Shown one piece after another: positions 61,310 to 64,000 of a stretch of 64,000 nt of DNA (the stretch's first letter is position 1; each line of letters opens with the position of its first letter). Source of the DNA: Adineta vaga (Eukaryota; Animalia; Rotifera); assembly GCA_021613535.1 (NCBI GenBank), contig CP075497.1, forward strand, positions 13,268,001 to 13,332,000, in the 5' to 3' direction. The notes under the pieces were generated by a model, which did no database searches, was not told the DNA's origin, and saw nothing but the letters and a program-made list of their open reading frames with translations. The position numbers and the translations under genes are program-made.

Positions 61310-61898
61310 TTAGGTTGGTAAGGAAGTTTTTATGTTTTTTCTGAAAATTTTATTTTTATTTTTTAACTTAAAAAAGATAACTAACTGTCAACGATATATG
61401 CTCCATTATTATCTATGACTTGTCTCTAATGCTGTAGTAAAGAAAGGATCCCATGTTCGTAGAAGTCCTGCGATTTTTGGCCAAAGTAGTTGAGCAGATC
61501 CATTTTTCGGTCGTTTCTTTTATACTGCACCAAACACTTAGCATAATCTTTTTGAGGGTGAAGATCAGTTTTGGGCGTTGCTACACCTGTTCCTTCCGGT
61601 CCCAGCCACTGTAACATGGGAGTACTCAAGTCGCTATGCTAAACATCGTGCTGCATATATTGCTCGCTGCTTCCGTTGCTTTACGACCCAAACGGAATTC
61701 ATGAAGCAGTATCACTCTTAGTTCTCGTCAAGATATATTCATTTCTACTTCGAGATCAACGTCCATATTCATGATTCTGTTATCATTCTAAGGACACCCG
61801 TACTCCCTTTATATACCCTTAATGTGGAAACTTCTAGAACTTTCTTGACTGTTCTAGGAAATTTTTAAAAAAACGCAAAAAATTTCTTACCAACCTAA
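61310..61898 (-). mobile_element. Internally deleted mariner (Tc1/mariner) transposon
   Basis: TIRs ttaggttggtaaggaagttttt and aaaaatttcttaccaacctaa, each flanked by TA. Minus-strand remnants RVILLHEFRLGRKATEAASNIC (N-terminus) and FYEHGILSL...VIDNNGAYI (C-terminus); the catalytic core is deleted. Confidence 0.88.
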
Positions 61899-64000
61899 TA
61901 ATTAACGGTTAAGTTTTCATATAATATTACAACAGGAAGTTTTGCGTCCTTACAGGAAAATGTCTGTTAAATTTGTTTCATATGGGATTTATTATTTGTG
62001 AGAATTATTCGTTAATGTATTGAAATTTCTTTCATAAACTGTGCTATTTATAGAAAATGATCTTCAATTTGTTCGCTACTACATAAATGAAAAATTATAC
62101 TGTTAACTAGAGAATAGAAAGCGAAGTAAGAGATATTCATTATATCGAATGTATACATTGAAATCTTTATTGACAACGATAAAAAGCTTCTAGTGAACAT
62201 AGGAAAAAATCTCACTTGCTAACTCATTTATTCTTGAATTGAATTACAGTTTCGTATGCTTCATTCTTTTCTCTTCGGCATCCGTCTTTACGCCTATATA
62301 CTTCTTAAAGTTCATTCATATTGGACATCCTTAGTTGATACAAAGCAAGAAGGGGATGATTCAAAAATACTTTTGATCTAAAATCATCGCCTTTGAGATC
62401 TTTTAGCGACTTAATTACAGTAGATGTAATTTCTATCATAATTGTCGTAAAAATATTCATATCAGTGTCAATTCTTTGAGATTCATTTAATCAATGCAAA
62501 ATCAAATAGTGCATATAAATCTTGCAACAGCTGTGTTTCTGATTAGCAGTGAATAGTTACACTTCATACGACTTAATTAAATTAGTGAATCGATATCTTT
62601 TCTCACTTATAAGTTAAGTTGAAGTATCATTACTAGGAGGGTGTGGGTGTGGGTGAGGATACGAATGAAATTGATTCATTTATCCAACACCCAAACCCAC
62701 ATTCTACCATAGACCGATAAATAATGAGTTTAAAGAACTAATCATGAGTCAAAGTTTCAATCACACAAAGTTTCGACGATATGATACCAGTTATAGAATA
62801 GCAAAATAATCTCGATGGATGTCAAGGTCAAAATTAAAATACGGGAATCTTTCAATCAGTGCACAATTGCTAAAAAAACAAATTCAGTCCGAAGAAAAAT
62901 ACAAGCGTGTAGCAATAAGATAAAAACGATGTCTAATTATCTTTCTGTTTTGAGAGAAAAACTCTCCCGATTGCAAAAATTTGGATTTGGCAACCTTGAC
63001 CCACACCCTCATAGCTATCAAAATGTTCTATATATCAATTTGAATTTATATCACTTTCATTTAGGAAAACAAGAATTCGCTGCATTAGGTGCCTTCAAAG
63101 AACAGTATCAAAATTATTCATTTTTCATGGGATGATTGATTAACATGATATTTTCAAGCCTTTCGTTCTGACAGAGTAAAGTAAACGATTACAACTTTTG
63201 TCAGAAGTATTCATCTACCATATGATTGTTCAACATGGAAATGTAACACGATCTTGACATTCAAGATTATCATTATGTGAACGGAATGTTAAAGGCCGTT
63301 CCAATCGTTTAAATTCTACATGAGTTTTAATCTATTTGAGAACTTTTCAACATCGACGATGAAAACAGAAAATTGATGAATATCATCGTCTTAAGAACTA
63401 TTCGACAACCCTAAAGCTTCACTTTTTAGTTCGATGTGAACAAATTTTTATTTTGATGAATAAGCTTATGGAATAGAATGCTTGTGCCACATGTGGAAAG
63501 TGCCGTTCTAATTATTCATCTTTCTTCTAATCTGAAATCAACGGTTCAACATCAAACATTCGCTTTAAAGAAAAGCATAATAAATGATTAGACTATTGAC
63601 TGGTATTATTCACACCGTTCATAAAACATACGAACATTAATCAACTCTTCAATGGATCTATGGCAGAAACAGATAGACAGAATATATATACAAAGTCTAC
63701 CGGTGATTATGAGTATTTATTTAACTAACGATCATTAAAACTTTAGTTTTCTTCAATTCCTACTTTTAATAATATAAGATAAATGAACTAAATTATGTCG
63801 CCGATTTATCTTGGATGCGTAGTAGAAATAATTCATACGTTATGTAACCTTTGATCAACTTGATGACTCACCCTCAAGATGACGGATGAGTTGGACAAAT
63901 GAATAAATCAATGCAAAAAATGATGATCGATCGAACATTGTATCATCATTGAAAACCACATTTCCATCCAAATTTTACTCTACAAAATATGAAATAGTCG

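Noticed and set aside
62815-63420. 106-aa ORF and nearby coding-like fragments as downstream ART exons or a retroelement
   Set aside because: No recognisable domain and no consistent splice path; interrupted by a telomere-like motif.

Overview
Eukaryotic, very AT-rich, gene-dense DNA with many short (~50-60 nt) GT-AG introns. The gene families (intronless orphan 7TM receptors, NHL-repeat, F-box/LRR, ART and SHFRGG proteins), a bacterial-type gene and a (TGTGGG)n tract point to a bdelloid rotifer, probably Adineta-like (inference). In order, the window holds: a GPCR; a full ABCB/P-glycoprotein; a bacterial lysine 2-monooxygenase (DavB-like, frameshifted, likely HGT); more GPCRs; a frameshift-hidden Cys-rich protein; a SHFRGG-type surface protein; an RRM-like/RRM-like/ADP-ribosyltransferase gene; a PARP4 (vault PARP) gene of about 37 exons; RING/TRAF and F-box genes; a 51-aa microprotein; a Cys-repeat secreted protein; NHL and UGT pseudogenes; a permuted papain-like peptidase; a decayed P-type transposase; non-autonomous Helitrons; an R-S-E ART; and a deleted mariner. 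The main finding is not visible in the ORF track. Tracing exons by hand shows that PARP4 carries, in frame between its vWA and C-terminal MVP-binding domains, a near-complete calmodulin and an Hsp70 substrate-binding domain. All splice models are manual and need RNA confirmation.
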